Shown piece after piece: positions 52,505 through 64,000 of a DNA stretch of 64,000 nucleotides; positions within the stretch are counted from its first letter, which is position 1; every line of letters starts with the position of its first letter. Below the pieces are notes generated by a model. The model was not told where the DNA came from and did not search any database. It saw only the letters and a list, made by a program, of their open reading frames with translations. The DNA comes from Octopus vulgaris. Taxonomy: Eukaryota. Both the position numbers and the translations under genes were made by a program. The DNA lies in the NCBI GenBank assembly GCA_951406725.2, contig OX597820.1, positions 127,906,001 through 127,970,000 on the forward strand, written 5' to 3'.

Positions 52505-55005
52505 CATGTTTGACTTTTGCTTTACATTTGTCCAAGTTGGCTCCAAGTCTCACCCAGAGACCTCAAGAGACAAGTTGGAAGTTCATGTTGATGTTATGCC
52601 TAGGGTGTCATATATTTGGTTTTGTACATAGTGTTGTTCTAGAGAATGTTTAAGAAACCATAAGAATATTATGTTTGTTTTAAAACTTGAGATTACATAG
52701 AATGTACTTTGCGTAGGATATGGGCTGTTCCCAAGGGCACTATCTTTTGAATTTCTGCCATTTTGGGGTTTCCTGATATCTGAGCAAGGTAAGCTATCAG
52801 CCCCTTTTGCTATTATTCCCAGGGCACCTATGACAACAGGTATTGTTTTAGTCTTCATGTTCCACATTTTGCTAATTTCTATTTCAAGATCTTTATATTT
52901 GCTCAGCTTTTGGTAGGTCTTGACAGATACGTTTATATCGATTGGGACAGTCATATCAATGAGGAGGCATGTTCTTTGTTTGAAGTCTTTCAATGTGATG
53001 TCTGGCCTATTCGTATCTATCTTTCTATCAGTTTCAATGGTGGAGTCTCAGAGGAGTGAGATGTGATCACTTTCAAGCTCTGGAGGTGGCTTGTGTTCCT
53101 ACCAGTTTTTATCATGGGGCAAATCCAGGCTTGTGCAAATTACCCAGTGAATATATTGTGCAGCTCTATCGTGTCTGTTGAGATACTCTGTAGTCGCAAG
53201 AAGACTGCTCTTGGAGACAACATGATCAATGGCTTCATTTTGTTGTTGACATATACGACATGTTGGGCTACTGCCGTTCTTTAATATGTTGACCTGGTAG
53301 TTTCTTGTTGGTAGGCATTGATCTTGGGCTGCTATGACAAAACCTTCAGTTTCAGATTTTAATCCAGAAGCCATTAGCCATTGATGGGTCAGGGCTTTGT
53401 CAACATCGGCATTATTCGCTCTCTTTGGGGATTTCCCATTGAGAGGTTTTTCTTGCCATTTATCAGTCAGAATATCCAAGGCAGCAGTTTTAGCACGGGT
53501 TTTCATATGCATAGCTTTTTCTGCGCTTGTTTCTCGTATGTCTAATTCCAGAATTTGTTATATTTGGAATTCACTTAGATATTCCTTTGCCTGTTTTGTT
53601 ACTGAGTATGATACTTTCTTATTTTCATGGTTTGAGACAAGTTTTAACATCCAGTCCTCAGAGTTTTTCAGGTAGGTGTCTAAGCCAATTGTGACAATCT
53701 TCATTGTTATTGCCAGTTGTAAAAGTCCACGGCCTTCCTCTTTTCTTGGCAGATAAAGTCGTTCTATATCTGCCTTAGGGTGGTGCATTGTATGTATTGT
53801 CAACAGTTTTCGTATTTTTCTGTCAAGATTACATATTGAAGTAATTGACCAGTTAATGATATTGAAACTGTAAGTCACGACTGGTATGGCTAAAGCATTG
53901 ATCGCTTCGATCCTGTTTCTCGCATTCAGCTCTGTCTTGAGTATTGCTCTTACTCTGCGATAACATTCTCTCCTGATCCTTTCCTTCACCACTGAATGCC
54001 TGTTTCCATCCCCTTCAATTACCCCTAGGTATTTGTAGCTCTCTGCTGGGTCTAACTCATTTATGACATTCTGCTGGCCAAGGTTAACGTTATATGTTTC
54101 TGTCATTTTTTTTATTTTGATAAAGGTAGCTTTTGCACATTTATCGAGGCCAAACTATATTCTGATGTCATCACTGAATTGTTTAACAATCGCTAGTAAA
54201 CCCTTGAGTTGTTGGTCATTTTTTGCAAAGAGCTTTAAATCATCCATGTAAATGAGATGATTTATATTTTTATCAAACATTTTATAACCGTACTGTGCAT
54301 CATTGAGAAATTTTGAGAGAGGTATTAAGGCTAAACAAAAGAGGAATGGTGATAGTGAGTCACACTGGAAAATGCCACATGAAATTTTTACATCTCCAGT
54401 ATTGTCACTTCAAAGTTAGTGTGGTTCTCCATGATCTCATACTTACCGACAAAATATCTCGCAGAGTGGACGCTATTTCATACATTTCCAGACATTTCTT
54501 AATCCAGCTATGTGGTAGGCTATCAAAAGCTTTTTTATAGTCTATCCAGGCTATTGACAAGATTTTGTGTCGTTTGTGACAATCTTCTAAGATCATCTTA
54601 TTGATGAATAGTTGACCTTTACAACCATAAGATCCACGTTTACATCCTTTTTGCTCATTAGGGAATATGCCACTTTCTATTAAAAAACTATAGGTACGCT
54701 CAGTCAAGACAGATTTTAGCATTTTATACATTATTGTTAAGCAGGTTATGGGTCTATAATTTTTTGGTTCATTTGTTTCTTCACTTTTTGGAAGCAGGAG
54801 TATTAAACCATTAACTAGCCAAGAGGGCATCATACTAGGGTATTGAAAAGACATCGTTGTGAAGTTCTGTTAGCAGTTCATGACTCTCTGGGAAAGCATT
54901 CAACCAGAAGTTAGGAATTTTATCCTTTCCTGGAGACTCCCATTTGCTTGACCGCCTGAGAGCCGATCTTATATCTTCTACCTTGACACCCTCCCACATT
55001 TGCTC
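52505..55005 (-). mobile_element. R4/Dong-clade non-LTR retrotransposon (RT + CCHC remnant + restriction-like endonuclease), 5'-truncated and frameshifted
   Basis: NYRPITCL, EQKGCKRGSYGCK.QL, AWIDYKKAFDSLPH, YMDD, YKYLG, CRICQQQNEAIDHVV, RHD, RPDI..LLIDMTVP...K..KY; (TAA)n at both ends. Confidence 0.9.
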
Positions 55006-55064
55006 TTCTATTATCATTATTATTATTATTGTTGTTGTTGTTGTTGCTGCTGTTGTTATTATTA

Positions 55065-55107
<43 letters not shown>

Positions 55108-55244
55108 TAATAATAATAATAATAACAATAACAACAACAATAACAAGACGAAGAAGAAGAAGAAGAAGAAGAAGAAGAAGAAGAAGAAGAAGAAGAAGAA
55201 GAAGAAGAAGAAGAACAACAACAACAACAACAACAGCAACATCT

Positions 55245-56350
55245 AAACATCACACAATCAATAAATATGGACCAGCGTAAACGTCACCCCAGGCGACAGA
55301 AAAATAAAAGCTCTATGAAAGGTTAAATAGATACAACAGAACCTTACAAGTAATAATGACCATGTCAAACGATACACTAGATATCAACAAACTAAATGAC
55401 TTGATCTATTCAACAGCTGTTGTGATATCCAAGGAAAGTGGACTTGACCCTTCCAAAGAAAAAAATCCCAGCCAAATCTCAAAGTCCAAAATGGAAACAG
55501 ATTATAACGAATAAGATTAAAAAACAAAAGACTTATCACTTTCTTGCGAATTAGAGAAACATAGAATAAATATGAAAAATAAAAACAGCACATATAATAA
55601 GAGAATACAACATGAAAAAGAAGATACCTGGGAGGTAAGATAAAAAATTAAACAGGGCATAGCAGCAAAAGCTTGCCGCATAAAACGATATGAAAAAAGG
55701 GAAGGCTTCTTCCAAGAAAATAGAGAATTCGAAAGAAACACAAAAAGTTTTTATAGAACGTTAAAGAAAAAAGCTATATCAATAGATGCCATGCCAACAT
55801 CTGCGATTCAGTCATATTGGGAAGGCATATGGAGCAAACCAAAGAAAACACAACAAAAATGCTCAGCGGAATAGTAGGGAAAAGGAAAGGAAGAGCACAA
55901 CAGCACCACAGATATGGCTCACCATCACATGCCAAGAGATCATGGACACACTGAGGAGTACCAGCAACAGGAAAACTCCAGGGATATTACCAACAGAAAA
56001 CAATGTTTCTCTAAAAGAAACGGAGTAACTTTCAAAATACAAAGATCTGGAAATAGAGGTAACCCGAATTTGGAGTCTAAAAACAAAAACAATTCCTATC
56101 GTAGTAGGCACATTAGTTATGATAAAACTAATATTCAGACAAATACATAACAAAAACACCAGGGCTAACAAGTATATATAACATAAATAAAATAGCACTA
56201 CAAGGCACCGCACACGTCCTACGTTAAGGACCTTCAATACAATAAAGATAAGAGTATCACAACAAACCACAGCACATACCCAAGGCACACAGAGCTGCGC
56301 TCGGTAGTGCAGTGAATGCATGTGATAAAAATAAGACTAATGAACAATAA
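55245..56350 (+). mobile_element. Second, deleted R4/Dong-like fragment in the opposite orientation
   Basis: Plus strand reads LPTENNVSLKETE*LSKYKDLEIEVTRIWSLKTKTIPIVVGTL, paralleling the C-terminus of the 52.6-kb copy. Confidence 0.7.
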
Positions 56351-56356
56351 AAATAA

Positions 56357-57115
56357 CACTGGTCAACACATATTTTCTGGTACAAGGTTTATCAGTGTTT
56401 TTGTTTTTTTTTTAGCTAATTTTGCGGTGATGAATCCAAATCTGGTATCAGATTTTGTCTATCACATCAGATTTTTGAGAAATGAAGTATTTTAGTTTTG
56501 CTAGAAACAGCTATTTAATGCTCATAGAGGAAGAATTAAACGTACGCAGATGCAATTTTTCAAAGACAATATGTCTTTTTTTATTATCTGATACAAAATT
56601 GTGTGAGTAAATGCACATTTAGCATGTAAGACTTAAGCTTGGTGGTAACAAAATAGGAATGTAAAATCTCTATTCAGTGTGATCATTCATTCCGATCGTC
56701 TTATTACTGCAAGAACTTGCACATTTTTAACGATCTCTTGTGCACAGCTTCTGGAATATTTCTCATCTAGCTCCAGCAGTAATCTGCCATCATGTTTAAG
56801 TCCCATCAGTCTTGGTAGGATTCTTCGATTTCTTTTATATCTTAATGAAAGTGTCCACTTTCTTCTTCGCTAACATCACCAAGTGACTGTGTGAGTTGAG
56901 CAATCTAATGCTCATTCTACCTCCAAGTGCTCGCCAACTCAAGAGCAGCTCCTTCACAATCGCTTCATAGTTGTCAGCTTTCTTAAGACTTGGAAATATT
57001 GTACAAGAGCTTTGATGAATTGCTTCAAGCTTCAACATAATTTTACATGTCCAGGTTTCCAAGTGTTTACATTTGACGGATATTTGTCCTCATCTTCTTT
57101 GATGTTAACAGAACG
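56357..57115 (-). mobile_element. 3' end of a Chapaev3-like (CMC) DNA transposon
   Basis: Terminus TAA|CACTGGTCAACA; frames KKADNYEAIVKELLLSWRALGGRMSI..LNSH and LGDVSEEESGHFH*DIKEIE..YQ..WDLNMMADYCW. Confidence 0.7.
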
Positions 57116-57119
57116 TTAT

Positions 57120-57155
<36 letters not shown>

Positions 57156-57210
57156 TATTATTATTATTATTATTATTATTATTGCTATTATTATTATTAT
57201 TATTATTATT

Positions 57211-57283
57211 CAGGTCACTGCCTGGAATCGAACTCGGAATCTTGGGGTTATTAGCCCGTGCTCTTAACCACTACGCCATATGG
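57211..57283 (-). pseudogene. tRNA-like head or tRNA pseudogene with a (TAA)n tail
   Basis: TGGCGTAGTGGTTAAGAGC A-box/D-arm, GGG-CTAATAA-CCC anticodon-like arm, GAGTTCGATTC B-box; acceptor stem does not pair. Confidence 0.65.
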
Positions 57284-57305
57284 AGTGAATTTTAGGGCTT
57301 ATAAA

Positions 57306-59013
57306 TCTCTCTCTCTATATATAAAAGGCAGTTTGTCTGTCTGTGTGTCTGTCAGGTTGTACCCTCATCCTGACCACGGCTTTCAACCGATTCTGATGAA
57401 ACCTGATTCACACATAGCCCAATGTCATACTTCAAAACTAACGCAGCGAAAATTTTAAAAAGTTCCCCAGTTCTGAAAAAAACCGATAAATTCGACATGG
57501 GGTCGAGAATCTAAGCTTTTCATATGCAACACATTTTCTGTTGTAGTTTTCGCAACTTGCAATCGATTTTCACCGAACTCATGGTGAAGCTTAATGTTAC
57601 CCTAAGAAACTTAATTCTGACGTTAGTTTTTCATGCAATATCTTACCACCAGAAAAAATCGATAAAAACCTGCCATTTTGGGAAATCGCGTTCAAATTCA
57701 AGAAGACATATTTTCGACAATATCTTTAACAAATTGGCAGGAATTTTTTTTTAAATTCACAGCGAGAATCATGTCTGCTCCTAGGAGCTATATGGCCCTT
57801 TTTATTCCAATTGGATACTTTATTACTGGAAAAAATCGGTAAATTAAATTATATGCGGCACACATAGCAAACCGATTTGTGTATTAAACACAACCACAGA
57901 CTGTCTAGGGGACGCAACTCGACCTTCTTTACCTCTCTTACTCCCCCAAATAACTATCAAACAGCTATCGATAATTCAACCCACAGGAGGAAATCTAGAC
58001 TTAATCTTCAAAGTATCCCACATACAAACCAAATATTACATCGAAACCTCCAGACTAACCTAAGTTTTGGTGAACCAATTCCTACCATGAAGAACTTACT
58101 TCCGAGACTTTACCCCCAACACAGCCACTTTAAGCAGTCAACGAGATACTTCTGCTAATCGCTGCTGCAGCCGCAAGTTATTCGAATACTTTTTTTGTTT
58201 AAACTTTCTTTATAACTACCACCCCAAACGTTTTACCTTAAATTTTTGACGAACCCTAAGGGTCCTCGGACGCTACTTGCAAACTCTTGGTTTATCATAA
58301 GCCGCTTTTATCTACTTCAGGCGTTCTCAGTTTCCTGTTAAACTCTGCTTCGCAATGTCCATCAATAAATCCCAAGGCCAAACGCTACAAGTCGCTGAGT
58401 TACATTTGGGCGAACAGAGCTTCGCCCACGGTCAACTCTACGTGAGCTGTTTACGCGTTGGGAGGCACAATGATGTTTTCATGTTTTCGCCCAAAGGAGC
58501 AGCTAGGAACGTCGTATACACAGTATTGGAGTGAAGAGAAGACGTTGCAACCTACACATGCGCATTCGCTCCCTAGAGGGAAAGGACTAGATCGGGATTA
58601 GTCGTTGCCTACTAGAGGCTCCCCAGCCCCCTTTCGCTAGACTTAAGTTAGGATTAGGTAGGGCTTAGCTGTGGTCCGAACCCAACTTGGGTTCGGGGGG
58701 CGGTGTCAAAAGGGCTGGCATGTGCAACCTTATCACCTCTGCCTGTCAAACTCCCAACCCATGCGTTCCCGTCGCGACACTGAACCCGCAGAACTGAGTT
58801 GGGTGTGCTAAACAAAACCAGAAAATGCACTTTGACTGTCATAGATTTTCTTCATGCATGCAAGGGAACGGTGCTTTGAATGCTTTAATGCCTTTTAGGC
58901 TTCATTTTACAAAATAACGGTTCAATGAGTACAAAAAAGGGTAAAAAGGTAAAGGGCATTGCTTATCGACAAAGTTTTTTACATACCCGGGCAACGCCGG
59001 GCTATGCTACTAG
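57306..59013 (+). mobile_element. Internally deleted Helitron
   Basis: A|TC start, 3' hairpin CCCGGGCAACGCCGGG then CTAG|T; retains a helicase fragment. Confidence 0.88.
58316..58534 (+). pseudogene. Helitron RepHel PIF1-helicase C-terminal fragment (absent from the ORF track)
   Basis: FRRSQFPVKLCFAMSINKSQGQTLQVAELHLGEQSFAHGQLYVSCLRVG...AARNVVYTVLE*. Confidence 0.88.
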
Positions 59014-59381
59014 TCCTTCCTTAAAACCTGTTCCCATACGCTATTCATATCTGCACTCGGTCTGCTTAGGAGGTTGTTGTGTGCTGCTTCTTTTAGTTTT
59101 CGTGTTTTCCAGTGGTGTTCTCTGTCTATTATTTTAACTTCATCCCACAGGGGGAGGTGGTCTCCATTTTTCCATACATGATCAGCTATACCCGATTTAT
59201 CAATATCTCCTCGTGTCACAACTTTACGATGTTCCTCTACCCTTATTTTGAGGGGGCAGTATGTTTCGCCTTTGTATAACCTACCACAATTGCATGGGAT
59301 GGAGTACACACAGTCTTTGGTCATATCCTCTTCTGTTGGTGGTTTTACTCGAAGGAGATATTTGCGAAGTGTTGTATTCAC
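59014..59381 (-). pseudogene. PLE GIY-YIG endonuclease fragment (Penelope/Poseidon type)
   Basis: CVYSIPCNCGRLYKGET..PLKIRVEEH...KSGIADHVW...IIDREHHWKTRKLKEA. Confidence 0.85.
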
Positions 59382-59399
59382 GAGTTATACAAAGTTGTG

Positions 59400-61420
59400 C
59401 CTTTGAACATGTGGAATGAAGTTTCCACAGACGTAACAGAAGATATTGAGGTCAATACAGCACATCCTTTTTTTATGTTGTATCTATCACTAGAACACAG
59501 TGGTTCAGTTCACACCTGCTCCCACTCGGCCTCTGTTTTACCCAGGACTGCAGCTCCGTTAAAGAAACTAGCTGCAGAAATACATGTGGGGAAAACGGTG
59601 ACGACGTCTGTTCACCGCCAAAGAAGCACTGGAGATGTCGTAGCCTCAGCTCATGTCTGCGCATCATCAACCAAGGCATGCCCAGACGGCTGCTGACAGC
59701 AAATAGACCGCCTGACCATCGGTACGCGACCCTTCCACAAGAAGCGGAAGAGTATACGCTCCAGCGGAATTTAACGGTAGCCAGGACAAGGCACGGCAGT
59801 CAAGCGACAGTAAATGACGGACGCGATATACCCGTTAGCCACTCCTGCCCGACCTTTCAGTGATAGCTTTTTCTGCATGAGGGTGGTCACCTGCTCGTTA
59901 CCTCATCCCAGTTTTTGTCCATCTGTAGGTCCGGACCAAACCAGACCCCACCAATTTCACCAGTCCGTCCGTCCAGTGCCCAACGATTCAATTAGATGGC
60001 ATGGGCTTGCTTCTGCAGGTGCCGAGCCGCGATCCCACTGATTTTTCCTGGTTAATCGTCTTTCCTGAAACCACTTCGTAGCCCCTGAGAGCGGTGCCGA
60101 TCATTTCTATGTGTTTATAATCCGACACCACTACGGTGACGTCACTGGCATATGCCGACGCGCATCTCTCACGTCCCAGGTCACGCGGAATGCCTCTCAA
60201 CGCCTCCAGTTTGTGTAGTAGTGGATAGAGAGTCAGTACGTACATGAGAGAGGAGAGGAGCGACTTTACCGGACCGAGTGCATGATGTTGAACGGTTCTG
60301 AGACGTAGGTATAGATGGTCGACACTATCGAAAGCTTTAGACTGATCTAAATTGATCAGGGTAACACCCATGCCAGGTTCTTTAGCCACTTTCTCAATTA
60401 TACATCGTATGAGGTGGAGGTTGTCAGCGATGGATATTTTCGGGATGGCACCATGTTTGTGCCTCCCCTTCCAGATCCCCGACGACAAGCGCCAACCTCG
60501 TAGATAACATCTTGGCCAAAATTTTGAACTCTGCATTCAACAGAGTTATGGGATAAAGTTGTCAATGCATTCCCTTTGTTCGTGTCTTTTCTCAGTAACG
60601 TCAACGCTCCTAGGTTCACAAAACTAGGAATTCTCCCATTCTGTTGCCAATTGCAGAAAATGTTTGCTAAGCTGTCGCCAAGTAAGTCTGGCATGTTAAG
60701 TGGGGCAGCCCATCCAAACCAAGCGATTTACCTCTCGTGCAGCTAGCCACTGCTTCTTGTATTTCAAAGGATGTTATCGGCCTTTCGCACCACTCCCTCT
60801 CCATAACCAACAGTTTTGTACCCTTCTCTTCTATTTGCTAAACCTACACAGTTCTTACATCTAAAACTCCATTCCGGTCCCCCACTAACACTAAGGTGCG
60901 GGACTTCACAGGAAAGTTTCCAGACGTCTGAGGAAATCTGGTCGTCCTGCCCCTGTCAGGGCATAGACAGCAAGTATATCCTTCACTGTTTGTCACGTCT
61001 AGGACCACCGATTTACCTTCCGGATCCATGAAGATCGTCTGTATTGCAAGATCCAGATTTTTCCGAACCATCATGGAGACTCCACCTCCCGCTCCTGGAC
61101 GATTAGGAGATGCGTACACCCCATAGTTACCGAAAATAGGTCGGAAATCCCGTGAGTCTAAAATTCTGGATTCACTAATGGGCACCACGTCGACATTCAT
61201 TTCTCTGAAGTCGCTGAGCAGGTGACCCCTGCTCCAAAGGCGAACTCAAGGCCACGTACATTCACGCTGCATATTCTGTACACGACCATGTTGTCGGAAA
61301 AAGAAAAGAATAATAAAGAAAAGGAAAACTTACTTGGTTTTGTGTGGAGGGGCAGATTGCCCGTCCCTTCTATTGGCTTTGGGTGTTTCCAACAGTAAAT
61401 CACCAAGAATTCTCTTGGTG
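59400..61420 (-). mobile_element. Decayed, internally deleted L1/Tx1-like LINE (APE + RT)
   Basis: MVVYRICSVNVRGL, GGGVSMMVRK, DPEGKSVVLDV, LINLDQSKAFDSVDHLYL, SAYASDVTV. Confidence 0.8.
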
Positions 61421-61649
61421 ATATTCCCGCGAAATTTTCCGATTTCCTGTAGGAATTGGGTTTTTAAGTTTGTGTATGTATTTTGTGTTGCTTGAATGAT
61501 TTGTATGTGTGCCGCTAGGGAGATTGTGAGAAAGTTTTTTGGTGTAATGTTTGTGTCATAATGTACTTCATTAATTCATTGTTTTTTGTGCCTATTGCTT
61601 GGAAGTTTGTAATTTGTGTTTGTTGTTGTTGCTGCTGTTGCTGTTGCTG

Positions 61650-62019
61650 TTGAGCGAATGGTCTTCGTCCCAGAGCTCGCAAGATGGGAGAAGTCCGAAA
61701 CGTGGTCCTTTGCTATTCGTAAGACCCGCAGAAGAGAAAGCAGGTCAACCTCCGACACCGAGAGCATCGACGGATGGATGAACGCGCATCCAGGCTCAGC
61801 GGTTGCGTAGGAAGTCGGGGACAAGAAACAGGAAGAAAGAGTGGGAGAAAGTTGGGTCGAAAGAGTACAACAGGGGTCGACACCACCCCCGGCCGGAGCG
61901 TCGTCGAGCTTTAGGTGTTTTCGCTCAATAAACACACACAACGCCCGGTGTGGGCATCGAAACCGCGATCCTCCGCCCGTGAGTCCGCTGCCCTAACCAC
62001 TAGGCCATTGCGCCTCCAC
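61650..62019 (-). mobile_element. Family-C tRNA-SINE, full length, inside a (TTG/CAA)n tract
   Basis: GTGGAGGCGCAATGGCCTAGTGG head; homologous to 2872-3228. Confidence 0.88.
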
Positions 62020-62069
62020 TGTTGTTGTTGCTGTTGTTGTTGTTGTCGTAGTGGTGGGGGTTGTGATTG

Positions 62070-63170
62070 TTGTTATTGCGCGAAATGCTGCTGGAAAGCC
62101 ATATACATCTGCTAGGAACCGAATGTCACGCGCCCGTCCCGATGTAGTAAAGACCTGATAGAGGTTTTGTTGCCATGTCGCATCTCCACCGTTCTGACTC
62201 ATCGGACAGCTGTAGTTCCTTCGTGCTCGAGTGCACGGGTCTCAGCTCTGACAACGTAGTCTTCGTGCTCGCTTCGAAGAAATGGTCAAGGGCCATATTC
62301 GCCCCTAGCACGTCGGTCGTGATGCCATTACTAATCGCTGCTTCTAGTTTGTTAACTAGTTCTTCCTCTAATCTATTTCTATCGCTAACTCTTTGCTAAA
62401 CGCTATCGATTCTAACTTAATCGCCCCCTTCAAGGCAATCCGCTGCCAGTTGTTGACGATCGCCCCCATCAACTGCCACTTAACTAGCTCACTAACCTGG
62501 TCCCTGTAGTCTTTGTGTTCCGGAAAGTACGCGTTCAACTTCCAGTAACCGGATCCCTTTCTACAAGTCCTATCTAAATATACTGTGCAGATCACAAATT
62601 TGTGATCTGTGTAACCGACCAATTTTGAATTATGAAAAACCTACGCTATCCTTATCCGGTGACCAAACAAATACTCTATCTAAATACGATCTGGATCACT
62701 CTTGTGGTTGCTCCATGTCCATATTGTCACACCAAGGAAACCCAATCGATACCTGTCAAATAACTGGAAGTCTTTGAGCAGATTTCCCAGGCTATTTGTA
62801 CACACACCCTTCTGCTATGTACTACCCTCTCATAGTCCTTTCCTGCGTCAAAAATATTATCCCAGTCCCCCACTAGTACTAAAGTGCGTGACATTTTCAG
62901 GAATGCTTCTAGACGCCTGAAGAAATCTTACTGTCAAGCCCCTCACGGGGCATAAACGGCCATTACTCTAAAGGTGCCATCTCCTCTGCCATTCACATCT
63001 AGAACCATCAACCTACAGTTCCGGTTCCAAAAATATTGTTCGTACTTTGAAACCCAAGAATTTTCGGAATAACACTGCTGCATCGCCACCCGCTCCCGAT
63101 AGACCGCAAGATGAGAATATCTCGTAGTCTTTGAAAATGGATGCTAACCATTTAGATTAAAGAAAAGAAA
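62070..63170 (-). mobile_element. Second Tx1/L1-like LINE fragment (APE domain and linker); possible ORF1 remnant continues to the window end
   Basis: SYLDRVF, GYTDHKFVIC, KGSGYWKLNA. Confidence 0.7.
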
Positions 63171-64000
63171 AGGAAATTATTTACCTTCATCTTCTTGGCT
63201 GATTCTTGAAACAGCTTGCCCTTTGACTGAGGGAGAAGGGTTTTTCTAGGAAGCGTTTTTTGGAGATACGATACCCTCCAATTTCCTGGAGGAATTTCTG
63301 TTTTGAATCCAGATACGTATTCATATCGGTTTGAGTTAACACTCTGTCCGGTGGTGTTTTCGGGAGGAGTTCAGTAAAATCTTCCCCACTTGTCAGAATG
63401 TTTTATTGTTAATCACTTCATCAATCAAATCAGTGTTGCTCTTCTGAACACCAGAAAAATCGATAACGGAACCAAGTACAGGAGTGTGTGACTGTTGGTC
63501 ATTTTGTTGTTCGGCTGTTAAAATAAATTTGTTCAGGAATCCCAGTTCAGAAGAGTTAACAGACTTTGAAAAGGAATTTCGCACTCTTGAAGTTATGGAA
63601 ATTCTAACTCCATAATTTATGAAAGTTTCAAGAAGGCAGCATCGACATCTAAATAAACAAAGTGATCTAATTACAATGTTCTTATAAATGACAACGTTTA
63701 GACTCTTTTTCGTCCAACTCCCTATCTTATAGCCATATATATTGATATGCCTGAAGCAAAGATAATTTTCCTTTCATTTGATACTGGTTCAGATGAAGGC
63801 TCAAGGCGATTATGCGGGACAAATATAAATAATGTCTTTAGTTCGAGTCCATATGAATCTCCAAAATAGCAGATCCATTTTCCAATATTGTGTGGTGTTT
63901 ATAGTGAAGGGAATTAATGGCATAATTACCTATCAGGACGACATAATCATCTTTGCCGGAGCCGATAATAAATGTAGTTATTACTTGACTGGAAGTAACT

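Noticed and set aside
57211-57283. Functional tRNA-Ile(AAT)
   Set aside because: The acceptor stem is unpaired and the sequence runs into a (TAA)n tail, so it is SINE-like or a pseudogene

Overview
AT-rich, gene-free eukaryotic DNA dominated by microsatellites ((TA)n, (ATGT)n, (CA)n, (TAGA)n, (TAA)n) and transposon debris. The SINE families and repeat style suggest an octopus/cephalopod genome (inference from recognition, not verified). I found no host protein-coding exon, and almost all ORF-track entries are translated microsatellite. Recognisable elements: four Penelope-like element (PLE) RT/GIY-YIG remnants, a full-length frameshifted mariner, two maT-like and one fold-back Tc1/mariner derivative, Helitrons, a Chapaev3-like end, R4/Dong and Tx1/L1 LINE fragments, an RTE-type LINE tail with C2H2 fingers plus its bipartite non-autonomous partner, several tRNA-SINE families and a 5'-truncated U6 copy. 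The most notable signal is a set of about ten type I hammerhead-ribozyme motifs from several families. They lie in short (TA)n-anchored PLE pseudo-LTR or retrozyme-like units, often in tandem or inverted arrangement. Three have a canonical core and all three helices (22798-22879, 42753-42801, 42805-42853). A 3.9-kb spacer-less palindrome (42995-46870) lies next to the ribozyme cluster.
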